From: Rhina ancylostomus
Lineage: Eukaryota
DNA: 64,000 nt
Direction: 5' to 3'
NCBI GenBank assembly: GCA_030265395.1
Contig: JARFYF010000001.1
Span: 67,631,604-67,695,603 of the forward strand
Below, one piece after another: positions 1 through 10,793 of the stretch; position 1 is the stretch's first letter; the number at the start of each line of letters is the position of its first letter. The notes beneath the pieces are model-generated. The model saw only the letters and a list, made by a program, of their open reading frames with translations. It ran no database searches and had not been told where the DNA came from. Both the position numbers and the translations under genes were made by a program.

Positions 1-2446
1 AACAACAGAGGTCCCAGCACTGATCCTTGTGGAACACCACTGGTCATGGACCTACAGCCAGAATAACAGCCTTCCACCCCTACTCTCTGTCTTCTATGGG
101 CAAGCCAGTTCCATATCCAAATGTGCAATTTACCCTGGATCCCATGCATCTATCTTCTGAATCAACCTACCATGAGGGACCTTGTCAAATCCATGTAAGT
201 CCATGTAGCTAATGTCTACTGCCTTAATCTCATCAAGCTCCTTTGTCACCTCCTCAAAAAAAACAATAAAGTTTGTAAGACAGGATCTGCCCTACACAAA
301 GCCATGCTGACTGTTCCTAAGCAGGCCATGCCTTTCCAAATGTGCATAAGTCCTATCCCTCAGTATCCTCTCCAATAGCTTCTGTACCACTGACGTGAGG
401 CTCACTGACCCTACTTGCAAAGGACGTTTCATGGCCTCTTGTGGCGCCCTGATCATTTTCATGCAACCTTTATATTTCACAAGGGCCCAATCAGATTTTA
501 GGTTCCCAGACCTTACGTCTGCTTCTTTTTCTTCCTGACTAAATTCAGGATCTCTCTGGTCATCCAAGGTTCCCTTACCATCATTGTCCTTGCACCTTAC
601 CAGAATGTGCCGATCCTGAACTCTGAATAGCTGGACAGTAAGCAACCCCTGCTCTCGCCCATGCCCCCCCCATGGACTTGTTTGACAGCAGCTGCTCCCA
701 GTCAATGTCCCTTAGCTCCTGTCATAATTTGCCCTCCCAAAATTAAGTACCTTCCCGCAAGATCCAATTTTGTCCTTACTCATAACTATATTAATACATA
801 ATGAGTTAATGGACACTATTCCTAGGATGTTCACCCACAATCAGGTCTGTCACCTGGCCTAGCTCATTTCCCAAAACTTGGTCCGTTGTGTTTTTCCCTC
901 CAGTTGGACTCTCCACATACTGTTTCGAGAATCACTCGTGGATGCACTGTAGAAGTCCTGCCCCATCTAAGATTCTTGTATTCAGGAAGTTCTAATCAAT
1001 ACTGGAGAAGTTAAAGTCCCCCACCAGGACAATCCTGTTGTTTCCGTACCTTTCCATAATTTGTCTATACATCTGCTCCGTCACCACTCGGTGACTATTG
1101 GGAGGCCGACAGTATAATCCCATCAGCGTAAATGCACCTGTCCTATTTCTGAGCTCCACCTAAATTGCCTCTGTGGATGAGCCCTCCAGTGTGTCCTCTC
1201 CGAGTACTGCTGTGACATTCTCCCTAACAGTCGTGCAACCCCTCCACCTCTTTTACTCCCACCCCTTCCCATCATATCTAAAACAATGAAACTCAGGAAC
1301 AATGAACTGGCAGTCCTGTCCCTCACACAATCAGGTCTCTGTAACAACATTGTAATTCCATGTACTGATTCAGGCTCTAAGTTCATCTTCCTTACCCATA
1401 ATACTCCGAGCACTAAAATAAACACATTTCAGCCCATCAGTCCCACCATGTTTATTGGCCTGTCTCTTACTGTCCTTCCTTTCAGTCTTACTTGTCACAG
1501 CATCTTTCTTGCCCTCAACCCTACCACCTGTGGCCCTGCTGCCGTGGTTCCCATCCCCCACGACTCTAGTTTAAACCCTCCCAAGCAGCACTAGCAAACC
1601 TCCCAGCGAGGATATTGATTCCCCTCCAGTTAAGATGCAAACTATCTTGTTTGCAAAGGTCCCACCTGCCCTGGAAGAGAGCCCAATGATCCATAAATCT
1701 GCACCAGCTCCTCAGCCACGTATTGAACGCACTATGTACTGTATCTATTTCTCACCTCACCAGCACGTAGCAGAGATAGTAATCCTGAGATTACAACCCT
1801 AGAAGTCCTGCTTTTTAACCTTCTACCTAGCTCCCTAAAACCTCGTCCCTGCTCCAGCCAATGTCATTAGTATCTACATGGACCACAACCTCTGGCTGTT
1901 CACCCTCACCTCTCAGAATGTGCTGTACCCACTGTGAAATATCCTTGACCCTGGCACCAGGGAGGCAATGCACTATCCTGGATTCTCAATTGTGGCCACA
2001 GTAATGCCTATCTGTGACCCTTACTATCGAGTCCCCTATCATTATCACTCTGCCTGACCTCACCCTTCCCTTCTTTGCCTCAGAGCTGGGCATAGTGCCA
2101 GTGCCCCGGCTACTGCTGCTGGCCTCTGAAAGGTTATCTACCCAACAGTATCCAAAGGGGTATACCTGTTACTGAGGGGAATGGTCATAGGGGAACCCTT
2201 CACTGTCTGCCTACTTCCCTTACCTCTCCTGATGGTCACCCATCTATCTGCAGCCTGCACCTGAGGTGTGACCACCTCATGAAAACTCTCATTGATGAAG
2301 CCTTCAGCCTCCTGGATGATCCTGAGTACATCCACCTCCACCTCCAGTTCCTTGACCTGGTCTGTCAGGAGCTGCACCTGGCTGCACTTCCCACAGATCC
2401 AGTCACCAGGGAGACGATGAGGTTCCTTGACTTCCCACATCTCGCA
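1..2446 (-). mobile_element. CR1-clade LINE, 5' half (ORF1 plus ORF2 endonuclease and start of RT), decayed and internally deleted; runs off the window
   Basis: ORF1-like MWEV..ICGKCSQVQLLTDQVKELE..VVTPQV..IPLSNRY (2138-2440); APE start GLKCVYFSARSIMGKEDELRA (1370-1561); RT-proximal VSLTSVVQKLLERILRDRTYAHLERHGLLRNSQHGFV (292-420); many stops and frameshifts. Confidence 0.9.
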
Positions 2447-2493
2447 GAAGTATATAAAATATTTTCTGATTTTATTTCTGTAACTGTCAAGTT

Positions 2494-3025
2494 AGGTGGC
2501 AAAGTGGTACAGCAGTTAGTGCTGCTGCCTCTCAGTTCCAAGGACCTAAACTTGGTTCTGACCTCAGGTGCTGTCTGTGCAGTTGCATATTCTCTGTGAC
2601 TGTGTCTGTTACATCCAGGTGCTCCTCTTGCCTCCTAAAGACATACCAGTAGGTTAATTGGCCGCTGTAAGTGACTGTTAGTCCAGGTCAAGGGCAAAAA
2701 GAATCAAAGGGGAATTGATGGGCACGCATGAAAGAGAATAAGTTGTAGGGGTACAAGGACTTAAAGAGAGAGGAATGGGACTAATGATGACGCAAGTGAC
2801 TGCAGATGCTGGAATCTGGAGCAAAAAACAATCTGGCCATCTCCACTCTCAGTCCTGATGTAAGGCGTTGATCATAAACGTTGACAATTCCATTCTGCCC
2901 CCACCTCCCCCATAGATGCTGCTCAACTTGCTGCGTTTCTCCAGCAGATTTTTTGCTACATGGGACTAATGGTGTTGCTCTCCTGTGTGCTAGCACAGAA
3001 CTAACAGGACAAAATCACCTTCTTC
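2494..3025 (+). mobile_element. tRNA-derived HE1/V-SINE-like element, interrupted by a Penelope hairpin
   Basis: A-box-like GTGGTACAGCAGTTAG head; V-domain-like TTGCATATTCTCTGTGACTGTG..AGGTTAATTGG; CR1-like tail remnant. Confidence 0.7.
2787..2959. mobile_element. Short inverted-repeat Penelope (PLE) terminal-repeat insertion with a degenerate hammerhead core
   Basis: 12-bp TSD ATGGGACTAATG at 2775-2786 and 2960-2971; arms ACTGCAGATGCTGGAATCTGGAGCAAAAAACAATCTG / CAGATTTTTTGCT; internal CAGTC-CTGATGT..AAAC-GTT-GAC. Confidence 0.8.
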
Positions 3026-4350
3026 TATATCATTATAAGTGCAAGATGAATCAATTTGCTGTATTGCTGAAATGGGAATGAAATAGCTTCCACACATATC
3101 AAACACAACCGGGAACCAGATAAAAATATTGCTGTAGGTGAAAGAATTTGTAGTCTACTATTCAAATTAAGGTAGTGTATTTTTGTTGCAAGAAAATAAT
3201 AAAACACATGCTTTCATGCAGACTTAAAGAAACAAAAATCAATGAAAGTGCAAGTAACTGGGATACTTTTATACCTTCACATCACTTGACATAGTAGATA
3301 CGACAAGGCGTGGGACAAGGGAGGATCAACCTCATTTCCTACAACAACCTTGGATAGGATATTAATTCTCTAACTTGTTGCACTATCAAAAACCAGTACA
3401 AAAATATTACCACAAATATAATCTAAGCCATTTAAAGCATGCAGCGGATGCCTACAAGACAGGAAATAAATCAGATGCAACCTCAAATGTTGAGGCATTA
3501 AGGATGATTAAGTCAGAATAAAAAAGGACAAGGACAAGTAGTTCAGGACTTGTGGATTTGCACAAGCAGCAGTCAGAAGTCTTCCCAATTTGATCTCCCT
3601 GTATTTTTGTGCACTTCTATTGTACATACTTAAAAATATCATTTCAAGAACACAATGAGGCAATTCAGCTTGAAGCTTGCCCTCTAATTACGCCAAATCA
3701 GTTCATACCATGTTATTCTAGCTCTACTATGTGTGATAAATGAATATTCCATACAAACATCTACTTTGTTCTGCTCACCAGCAAGGTTAGCTTGCAACCC
3801 AAAAATGCAGTCTTTGCATTACCAGAACATCCAGCTATTCTCCTGACACATGGAATCATCCCGAGCTATAAATGAAATCCTAGTCTAATGCAGTACTTCC
3901 TTGTTATTGAAAAAATCCTGACAAACATTCTCACACACCACACAAACAACTCTACAATTAGTGATTAATTTCCATGTTATGGCTATGAACAACCTCTACT
4001 ATTCTAATGATTTCGGATTTATTTAAAGTCACCTCCTAATCTGGCCTTTTGACAAGAGCTGCTTTGGTATCATTGTCCACAGAGATCCTGAAGCTGATTA
4101 CAGCTTCATACTGGGTGCAAGGGAATTAGCAAAATGCCAGCCTTTTGTAAATTTCTGCGTGCAGATCTATAGAATGAACAAATAATTATATATGCAAGAT
4201 CAAGTAAATCACATTGTTATCCTTGCTGCCTTAAGACAATCGTGTGATAAGATAGATCTGAGAATGGTCGGGGCCTTTAAATACTGGAGAAATATTTTAA
4301 AGGTAAATAATTACTCATGATAACCCATCTCCCTGCCTTGAATAATGTAT

Positions 4351-4637
4351 TGTACCGAAGTGCCACGCACTGAGCTAAGAATGAAACATGCAGTCAGAGG
4401 TCTGAACTCAAGTCTAGTTTATTGATCAGCTTCCCGTGCTAGCTTTTAAACCAGGTGAAAAGCCCACCCTTTCCGGATGGAAGTGACACCCACGGTACAT
4501 CACCAACATTTCCTGCGCGCGGGCTTTCTCTCCTCAGTCGGAGAAGGCGGCCTGGCCCCATTTTGCGGCCGGCCTTCCTGCAAACGTGTGCTCCGTTCCT
4601 GGAGCCAGTTCGCTTGACTTGAAGGTAGGTCGCTGCA
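4351..4637 (-). mobile_element. Gypsy LTR (3'-side copy), same family as 9362-9631
   Basis: TGTACCGA...TCGCTGCA termini; collinear with 9362-9631 (about 85% by eye, many CpG transitions, one ~20-nt indel); minus-strand AATAAA near 4420; preceded by GTAT. Confidence 0.92.
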
Positions 4638-4682
4638 TTGCATTGATTAACAAAGTCTGATCTTTTCATTTCTCCAAAGTAG

Positions 4683-4799
4683 AATTTTTCAAATGCACAC
4701 AGCACAATAAGTCACTCATTAAGCAGAATTTCAGAATTATCACTGGCAGGGAGTGACGGAGATCGACCAACAAATAAAGAGGAACTCTTAACTAACCAG
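4683..4799 (+). CDS. Candidate coding exon A (117 nt, phase 0-0) of an unidentified gene: NFSNAHSTISHSLSRISELSLAGSDGDRPTNKEELLTNQ
   Basis: Acceptor tcttttcatttctccaaagtag|; donor CAG|gtaaaa; open frame spans AG to GT exactly; phase matches exon B. Confidence 0.6.
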
Positions 4800-5399
4800 G
4801 TAAAAGTACAACCGATTAAGGCAATACCAGATTCAGTGAAGTAAAATGAAGTGTGTCACCAGCACAGTGGGGGTCCTTGAACCATGTGCATTTATATTTC
4901 AAGGTTCGGGGTAAGTTTTGGGCATATGTGATGCAGTGGAGTTCAATTGTGTCCTGGGCGTGATATTTAGAAATCCCCCTAGGCAGGAGGAGGAAAGAGC
5001 TATTTCAACACCAGACCATGCTCAATCAAAGACGACCTCACAGCAGTGTGATGGGAGGAATCACAGACCTGGAACAGTGGCGTTAGTGTTGCTAGTTTAG
5101 GCAATGCATGGTTGGAAGGAGGAGGCTTCCTGTGATTCATAGGGTATGATGAGGGAGGTTTTAGGGGAGGTTTGTTTATTCTGGGGACTGAGGGTGGCAG
5201 TCAGGGGAGAGCTTGCCAATCCCAGTAGGGCTTGTGAGAATGGTCTGGTCATGGAAGGCAAATAAGTTAACCTGGTGGTTAGCATCCAATGAATGAGCTG
5301 TCTTTTATTCCCTTTAGCTACTGAGTTTCCTACGGATGATCACGTTAAATCACTTGGCCCATGAACTTCTGAAGGGTAAATGGGATTCTTGAGTCATAG

Positions 5400-5760
5400 C
5401 GGATTATGGCACAAAGGGGAGGGGGCCATGGGGCAGCAGTAAGATGATTGTCGATCATTGTGTAGGTAGTTGGTGATTGCTGGGCTTTTGGAGATTGCTA
5501 GGAACTATGATCCAATGTTTGCAAGAAGGGTATGGAGTTTTGGAGGAATCGGTGATTGCTGTGTGGGGTCAGTGATGGGGAGAGGAGGAGGGTGGGAAAG
5601 ATTGACTGACTGATCGCAGCTGAAGGAGGGTGAACGATGGCAGATACACTTGGTGATTGCACATATGGGTTTCAGAGATTAGTTGGTGATTGTGGGGTGG
5701 GAGAGGGGAGTGGTATTCTGCGGAATTATAAGGAGCAAAGAAGGTTGATGACCGACCTTT
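5400..5760. repeat. Degenerate G-rich minisatellite-like tract
   Basis: (T/C)GGTGATTG recurs near 5470, 5551, 5651 and 5683 in G-rich sequence. Confidence 0.45.
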
Positions 5761-6128
5761 TAGAGATTTATAAAATCCTGAGGGGCATTAACTGAGATGG
5801 ATTATCAGTCTTTTTCCCAGAGTAGGGGAAGGTAAAACTGGAGGGCATAGGTTTAAAGTGAGAAGGGAAAGATTTAAAGGGGATCTGAGGAGCAGGTTTT
5901 TCACACAAAAGGTGGTGGATGTGTGGCAGTAGCTGCCAGAGGAAGTGGTAGAGGAGGGATACCATTACAACATTTAATAGCCATTTGGACAAGTTCATGG
6001 ATAGGGGAGGTTGAGAGGGATGTGGGCCAAATGCAGGCAAATGGAACTAGCTCTGAAGGCACCTTGATCGCATGGACAAGTTGCGCTGAAGGGCCTGTTT
6101 CTGTGCTGTAGAATTCCATGACTCTCTG
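5761..6128 (+). mobile_element. CR1/HER1-type LINE 3' end
   Basis: GGGCATAGGTTTAAAGTGAGA..TTTTTCACACA..; tail GAAGGGCCTGTTTCTGTGCTGTAGAATTCCATGACTCT. Confidence 0.9.
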
Positions 6129-6175
6129 ACTTTTTTTAAAAGAAATTTTTCTGTTCCCGCTTACAAATATATCAG

Positions 6176-6352
6176 GAGAGAACTGATTCCAAACTTGACT
6201 TGCCAAATGAAGAACCCCAAGAAGGACAGCTAAAGGTTTCATTCAGTAAGACAGGAATCTCGACACTATTTGTGGATCAGGTACTTCTTGGAGACAATAT
6301 GAAAGTTGAAACCAAACCTCTTGAAGTCAGTCGTCAAGAAAGTTATCAGTGG
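6176..6352 (+). CDS. Candidate coding exon B (177 nt, phase 0-0): ERTDSKLDLPNEEPQEGQLKVSFSKTGISTLFVDQVLLGDNMKVETKPLEVSRQESYQW
   Basis: Acceptor ttttctgttcccgcttacaaatatatcag|G; consensus donor TGG|gtaagt; 59 sense codons span AG to GT exactly; protein-like composition; too short for the ORF track. Confidence 0.7.
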
Positions 6353-6507
6353 GTAAGTGTTAATGATTGATCAAAACTTGAGTTATCATGCCAAGTGTTT
6401 AATGATTTGGACATAAATAATAAATCCTCCTCCTTATTTCTGATTTGGGTGAAGGTCAGTTTCACAATCTATTCCTTGGGTTATCAAGCAATGTTAGTGT
6501 CTCCAAG

Positions 6508-6860
6508 ATGTCAACACAGTGGTGCAGATGGTACAGCTGCTGTCTCATAGTTCCAGAGACCCAGATTCAATCCTGACCTCCAGTACTGCCTGTGTAGAAT
6601 TTGCACGTTTGCCCTGTGACTGTGGATTTCCCCCGGGTGCTCCAGTTGCTTCCCACAGTCCAAAGACAGACGTGTGGGCTGGTCTGTTAATAAACCACTG
6701 TAAATTGCTTCTGATGCATAGATGAGTGGTAGAATCTGGGGGATATTGATGAGACTGTGGGAGAATACAATGAGATTAGTAAATGATTAGTGTAAATGAG
6801 TGGTTGACAATTGGTTTGGAGTCAATGTGCCAATGGCCCAGTCTCCAGTCTAGGACTCTA
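6508..6860 (+). mobile_element. HE1/V-SINE-like tRNA SINE
   Basis: GTGGTGCAGATGGTACAGCTGCTGTCTCA..GATTCAATCCTGACC (A/B boxes); TTTGCACGTTTGCCCTGTGACTGTGGATTTCCCCCGGGTGCTCC central domain. Confidence 0.85.
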
Positions 6861-7165
6861 ATAATAAAGAGTGGTGGATTGAAAGGCCTGGGCAACTTGT
6901 CATCTATGTGCCCATTTCCAGGTGTAGTGTAATCCAATTTGTTCATTCCTGTTCATTCCTAATGCAATTTGTTCATTCCTGTTGCAACCAACCTGAGTGG
7001 TATATTCTATTCATCCAGCTTAAGTATGATCTGGAGTGAAACCTGTAGACTTTTCTGGCCACACCNNNNNNNNNNNNNNNNNNNNNNNNNNNNNNNNNNN
7101 NNNNNNNNNNNNNNNNNNNNNNNNNNNNNNNNNNNNNNNNNNNNNNNNNNNNNNNNNNNNNNNNN

Positions 7166-8645
7166 AAAACTCTGGGGGTTGCCAGCGCCCCTCGATGAGT
7201 TGTTCCAGCACCCCACCAACTGCTGTGTTGGACATGTCTACTGTGAGGGCGGTTGGGACGTCCGTTCTGGGGTGCACCAGCATTGCAGTGTTTGCCAAGG
7301 CTTCTTTGGCTTTAACGAAAGCAGCCGCGGCCTCTTCATCCCAAGTAATGTCCTTGCCTTTACCCAACATCAGGGTGAACAAAGGGCGCATGACTTGTGC
7401 TGCCAAGGGGAGGAAACAGCAGTAGAAGTCGACCACACTCACGAATTTCTGCAAGCTGTGGGGCGGGCGAAATGGCGGATCGCGTCTACCTTAGGGGGCA
7501 GGGGAGTTGCCCCGTCTTTGGTAATTCTGTGGGCCGGGAAGTCGATGGTGTCAAGTTCGAGCCGGTATTTGGCCGGGTCGATGGTGAGACCGAAGTCACT
7601 CAAGCGGGAGTAGCACAGGCAGAGGTGGGACAGGTGATCCAGGCAGTTGCTGCTGGCTATGAGGATGTCGTCTAAATAGATGAACACAAAGCCCAGGTTG
7701 TGTCCTACGGCATCAATCAGCCACTGGAACATCTGTGCGGCATTCTTCAGGCTGAAAGGCATCCGAAGGAACTTGAACAGGCTGAATGGGGTGATGAGCA
7801 CTGTCTTGGCGATGTCTTCAGGGTGTACTGGGATTTGATGGTATCCCCGGACGAAGTCCACTTTGGAAAAGATGCTCGCCCCGTGCAGGTTTGCCGCAAA
7901 GTCCTGTATGTGCGGTGGGGTTAACAGTCTGGGGTTGTGGCCTCGCCCAGCCGACAGTAGTTGCCACACGGTCTCCAGCCTCCGGCTGCTTTGGGCACAA
8001 TGTGCAGGGGGGGAAGCCCATGGGCTGTTGGACCTCCGTACAATCCCCAACTCCTCCTTCATCAGGCGGAGCTTGTCCGGGGGAAGCCGCTGTGCGCGGA
8101 GTGGTGGTCCCTTGGTCGTGATGTGGTGCTGTACTCCGTGTCTGGGTGTGGCTGCTGTGAACTGCGGTGCCAAAACCGATGGGAAGTCTGCCAGGGTTCT
8201 GGTGAATTCGTTGTCCAACAGCGTGACGGAGTCCAGGTGTGGGGCCGGCAACATGGCTTTGCCCAAGGAGAAAGTCTGAAAAGTCTTGGCATGTACCAGT
8301 CTTTTTCCACGTAAGTCAACCAGGAGGCTGTGGGCTCGCAAGAAGTCTGCCCCTAGGAGTGGCTGGGCCACGTCGGCCAGTGTGAAGTCCCATGTGAACC
8401 AACTGGCGCCGAACTGCAGCTGCACAGTGCGGGTGCCGTAGGTTCATATCGTGCTGCCATTTGAAGCCGAGGGTGGGTCCTAGCTTCCTGTTGCGGGTAT
8501 CATGCCCCGTCGGGGGTAAAACGCTGATTTCCACTCCAGTGTCGACCCAGAAGCGGCATCCCGATTGTTTGTCCCAGACGTACAAGAGGCGGTCCTGATG
8601 GCCAGCCGCCATAGCCATTAGCAGCGGCTGGCCTCGGTGTTTCCC
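7166..8645 (-). pseudogene. pol: Gypsy pol (protease-RT-linker), frameshifted
   Basis: ORFs 8316-8618, 7439-8425 and 7020-7454 carry successive pol motifs in shifting frames. Confidence 0.9.
8600..8645 (-). promoter_or_regulatory. -1 programmed ribosomal frameshift signal between gag and pol
   Basis: Slippery G-GGA-AAC (8645-8639) in the gag frame; 5-nt spacer; stem GGCCAGCCGC/GCGGCTGGCC (10 bp); the -1 frame reads into MAMAAGHQDRLLYVWD..DTG. Confidence 0.85.
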
Positions 8646-9310
8646 GGGAACTCACAGGGCAGGCAACACTGGTGGGCTTCTGCGCTCCACCGCTGGTGGT
8701 AGAAACACCACTGAACGTTGCCCCCCTCACTCCTGCCTCCAGTTGCGCGCGCTCCGTTGCCAGGCCTGGTCTGGTCTGCTGCTGGGGACGTGGCTTGGCG
8801 ATCTGTGCAACGGATGCCTCGCTTTCCCTCTTGGCCTTCCACAACACGTCTGCCTAGGCTGCTACCTTCCGGGGGGGTCACTGAAATCTGCATTAGTGAG
8901 TAGCAGATGTATGTCATCGGGCAGCTGCTCTAGGAACGCCTGCTTGAACATGAGGCAGGGCTTGTGTCCATCAGCTAGGGCCAGCATTTCATTCATTAGC
9001 GCAGATGGTGGCCTGTCCCCTAAACCGTCCAGATGCAGCAAACGGGTCCCCGCTCCTGCCGCAAGAGGCCGAAGGTGTTAATTAGCAGCGCTTTGAATGC
9101 TACGTACTTGCCCTCCTCCAGGGGCGACTGAATGAAGACCTCGACCTGGGCGGCTGTCTCCTGGTCAAGGGAGCTCACCACATAATAGTAGCGCGTGGAG
9201 TCGTAAGATATCTGTTGAATCTGGAACTGGGCCTCTGCTTGATCAAACCACAGTGGCGGACACAGCATCCAGAAAGTTGGCAGTTCAAGTGAAACTGCAT
9301 GAACAGCTGA
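8618..9310 (-). pseudogene. gag: Gypsy gag, frameshifted
   Basis: N-terminal AVSLELPTFW domain (ORF 9020-9361); C-terminal CFYHQRWSAEAHQCCLPC knuckle-like motif, ending GNTEASRC*. Confidence 0.85.
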
Positions 9311-9346
9311 AGGGGCGATCATCTTCGGTCCAAATCCCATTTGGAC

Positions 9347-9360
9347 CATTGGGGTCACCA
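9347..9360 (-). promoter_or_regulatory. Primer-binding site complementary to the tRNA-Trp 3' end
   Basis: Minus strand reads TGGTGACCCCAATG, 1 nt after the LTR; the tRNA-Trp PBS is TGGTGACCCCGACG, and both differences are CpG transitions. Confidence 0.85.
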
Positions 9361-9361
9361 A

Positions 9362-9631
9362 TGTAGCGAAGTGCCACGCACTGACCTAAGAATGAAACAC
9401 GCAGTTGGAGGTCTGAACTTGACACTAGTTTATTGATCAGCTTCCTGTGCTAGATTTTAAACCCAGTGAAAGCCCGCCCTCTCCGGGCAGAAGTGACACT
9501 CTTGCTGTGCACGGGCTTTCTCCCCTCGCTGTCAGAGAAGGCGGCCCGGCACTATTTTGCGGCCAGCCTTCCTGCCAACACGCGCTCCATTCCTGGAGCC
9601 TGTTTGCTTGAGTCAAAGGTAGGTCGCTACA
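9362..9631 (-). mobile_element. Gypsy 5' LTR
   Basis: Perfect 8-bp terminal inverted repeat TGTAGCGA...TCGCTACA; adjacent PBS; minus-strand AATAAA; followed by GTAT (9632-9635). Confidence 0.95.
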
Positions 9632-10221
9632 GTATACTCTTTACAAACTTCCAAATTCCAACAAATCAGAGTCACACATATCCAGCCACAATAGTTTGCA
9701 AATTATTTTGTATTTGCTCCTTGATTAAGTTTAGCTTATGGCTTTCTGACCTACTTTCTTTGTTCTAATGGAGTGGACCACAACAAACATTGATTGAATT
9801 GAATGAAAGGAATTTTACAAAGTAGCCAAAAAGTATACAGATGCAACATTTTATTCCAAATATCACAGCAGTTTTCATTTTTTTTACATATGGCTTGCTT
9901 TGTATCCTCTTAAGTCTCATTGACCTTAAACAAGAGTAAACAACCTTTGTTGCAAAATAATAATTTTGTTCACACCCTGTACATTGTACACATTGTTAAA
10001 TTGACAAGAGGAAAACAGAGAAATTATTATTTACATTCTGCATTCTTGAACTACCTTAACCACTAATTAAATTTAAATCATTGCCAGTTTTATAATTTCC
10101 AAGATTATTAACTGATTCATTCTCTGCTGCACAATTACTGAACGGAAGTTGGGAGAATTGGTGGTAATCATTAGCTCACCAAGCTTTCTTTCAATACCTG
10201 GTTTTTCAAAGAAACAGTAAT

Positions 10222-10793
10222 GTATGCTGAGGATATACTGCTGAGGCTTTATAAGGTGTTAATCAGACCACATTTGGAATATTTTGAGCAACTTGGACCC
10301 CATATCCATGAAAAGATGCACTGGCCCTACAGAAGGTCCAGAGAAGGTTCGCAAGAATGATCCTGGGAATGAAAGACTTAATGTATGAGGAGCATTTGAT
10401 GTCTCAAGCCTGTACTCGATGGAGTTCAGAAGGGTGAGGGGGGAATCTCATTGAAATATGTTGAACATTGAAAGGCTTGAATAGAGTTGACATCGAGAGG
10501 ATAGTTCCATTAGAAGGAGAGTCTAGGATCCAAGGGCAGTCTCAGAATACAGGGGCATTCTTTTAAAACGGAGATGAGGAGGAATTTTTTCAGCCAGTGG
10601 GTGGTGAATCTGTGGAATTCATTGCCACAGGGAGCAGTGGAGGCCAAGTCATTGGGTAGAGATTGATAGGTTCTTGATTGGTAAAGTGGTTACGGGGAGA
10701 AGGCAGGAGAATAGGATTGGGAAAAAAGCCATGATTGATAGGCAGAGCAGACTTGATGGGCTGAACAGCCTCATTCTGCTCATATATCTTATG
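10222..10793 (+). mobile_element. CR1 LINE 3' fragment
   Basis: Decayed LRLYKVLIRPHLEY..LQKVQRRFARMI coding; tail GGGCTGAACAGCCTCATTCTGCTCATATATCTTATGG. Confidence 0.88.

Larger units (their letters stand above)
7166..9361 (-). mobile_element. Gypsy/Ty3 LTR retrotransposon internal region (gag, protease, RT, start of RT-RNaseH linker); truncated at an assembly gap
   Basis: gag LPTFW..WFDQAEAQF..TRYYYVVSSL; protease VDTG; RT FSKVDFVRGYHQIPV, FLRMPFSLKNAAQMFQ, FIYLDDILIAS; linker WDEEAAAAFVKAKEALAN..LTVDMSNTAVGGVLEQ. Confidence 0.95.

Noticed and set aside
3275-3451. Minus-strand exon-like interval with a good acceptor
   Set aside because: Stops in all three frames and a mediocre donor
7036-9081. 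Numerous plus-strand and alternate-frame ORFs over the Gypsy
   Set aside because: Shadows of GC-rich gag-pol sequence
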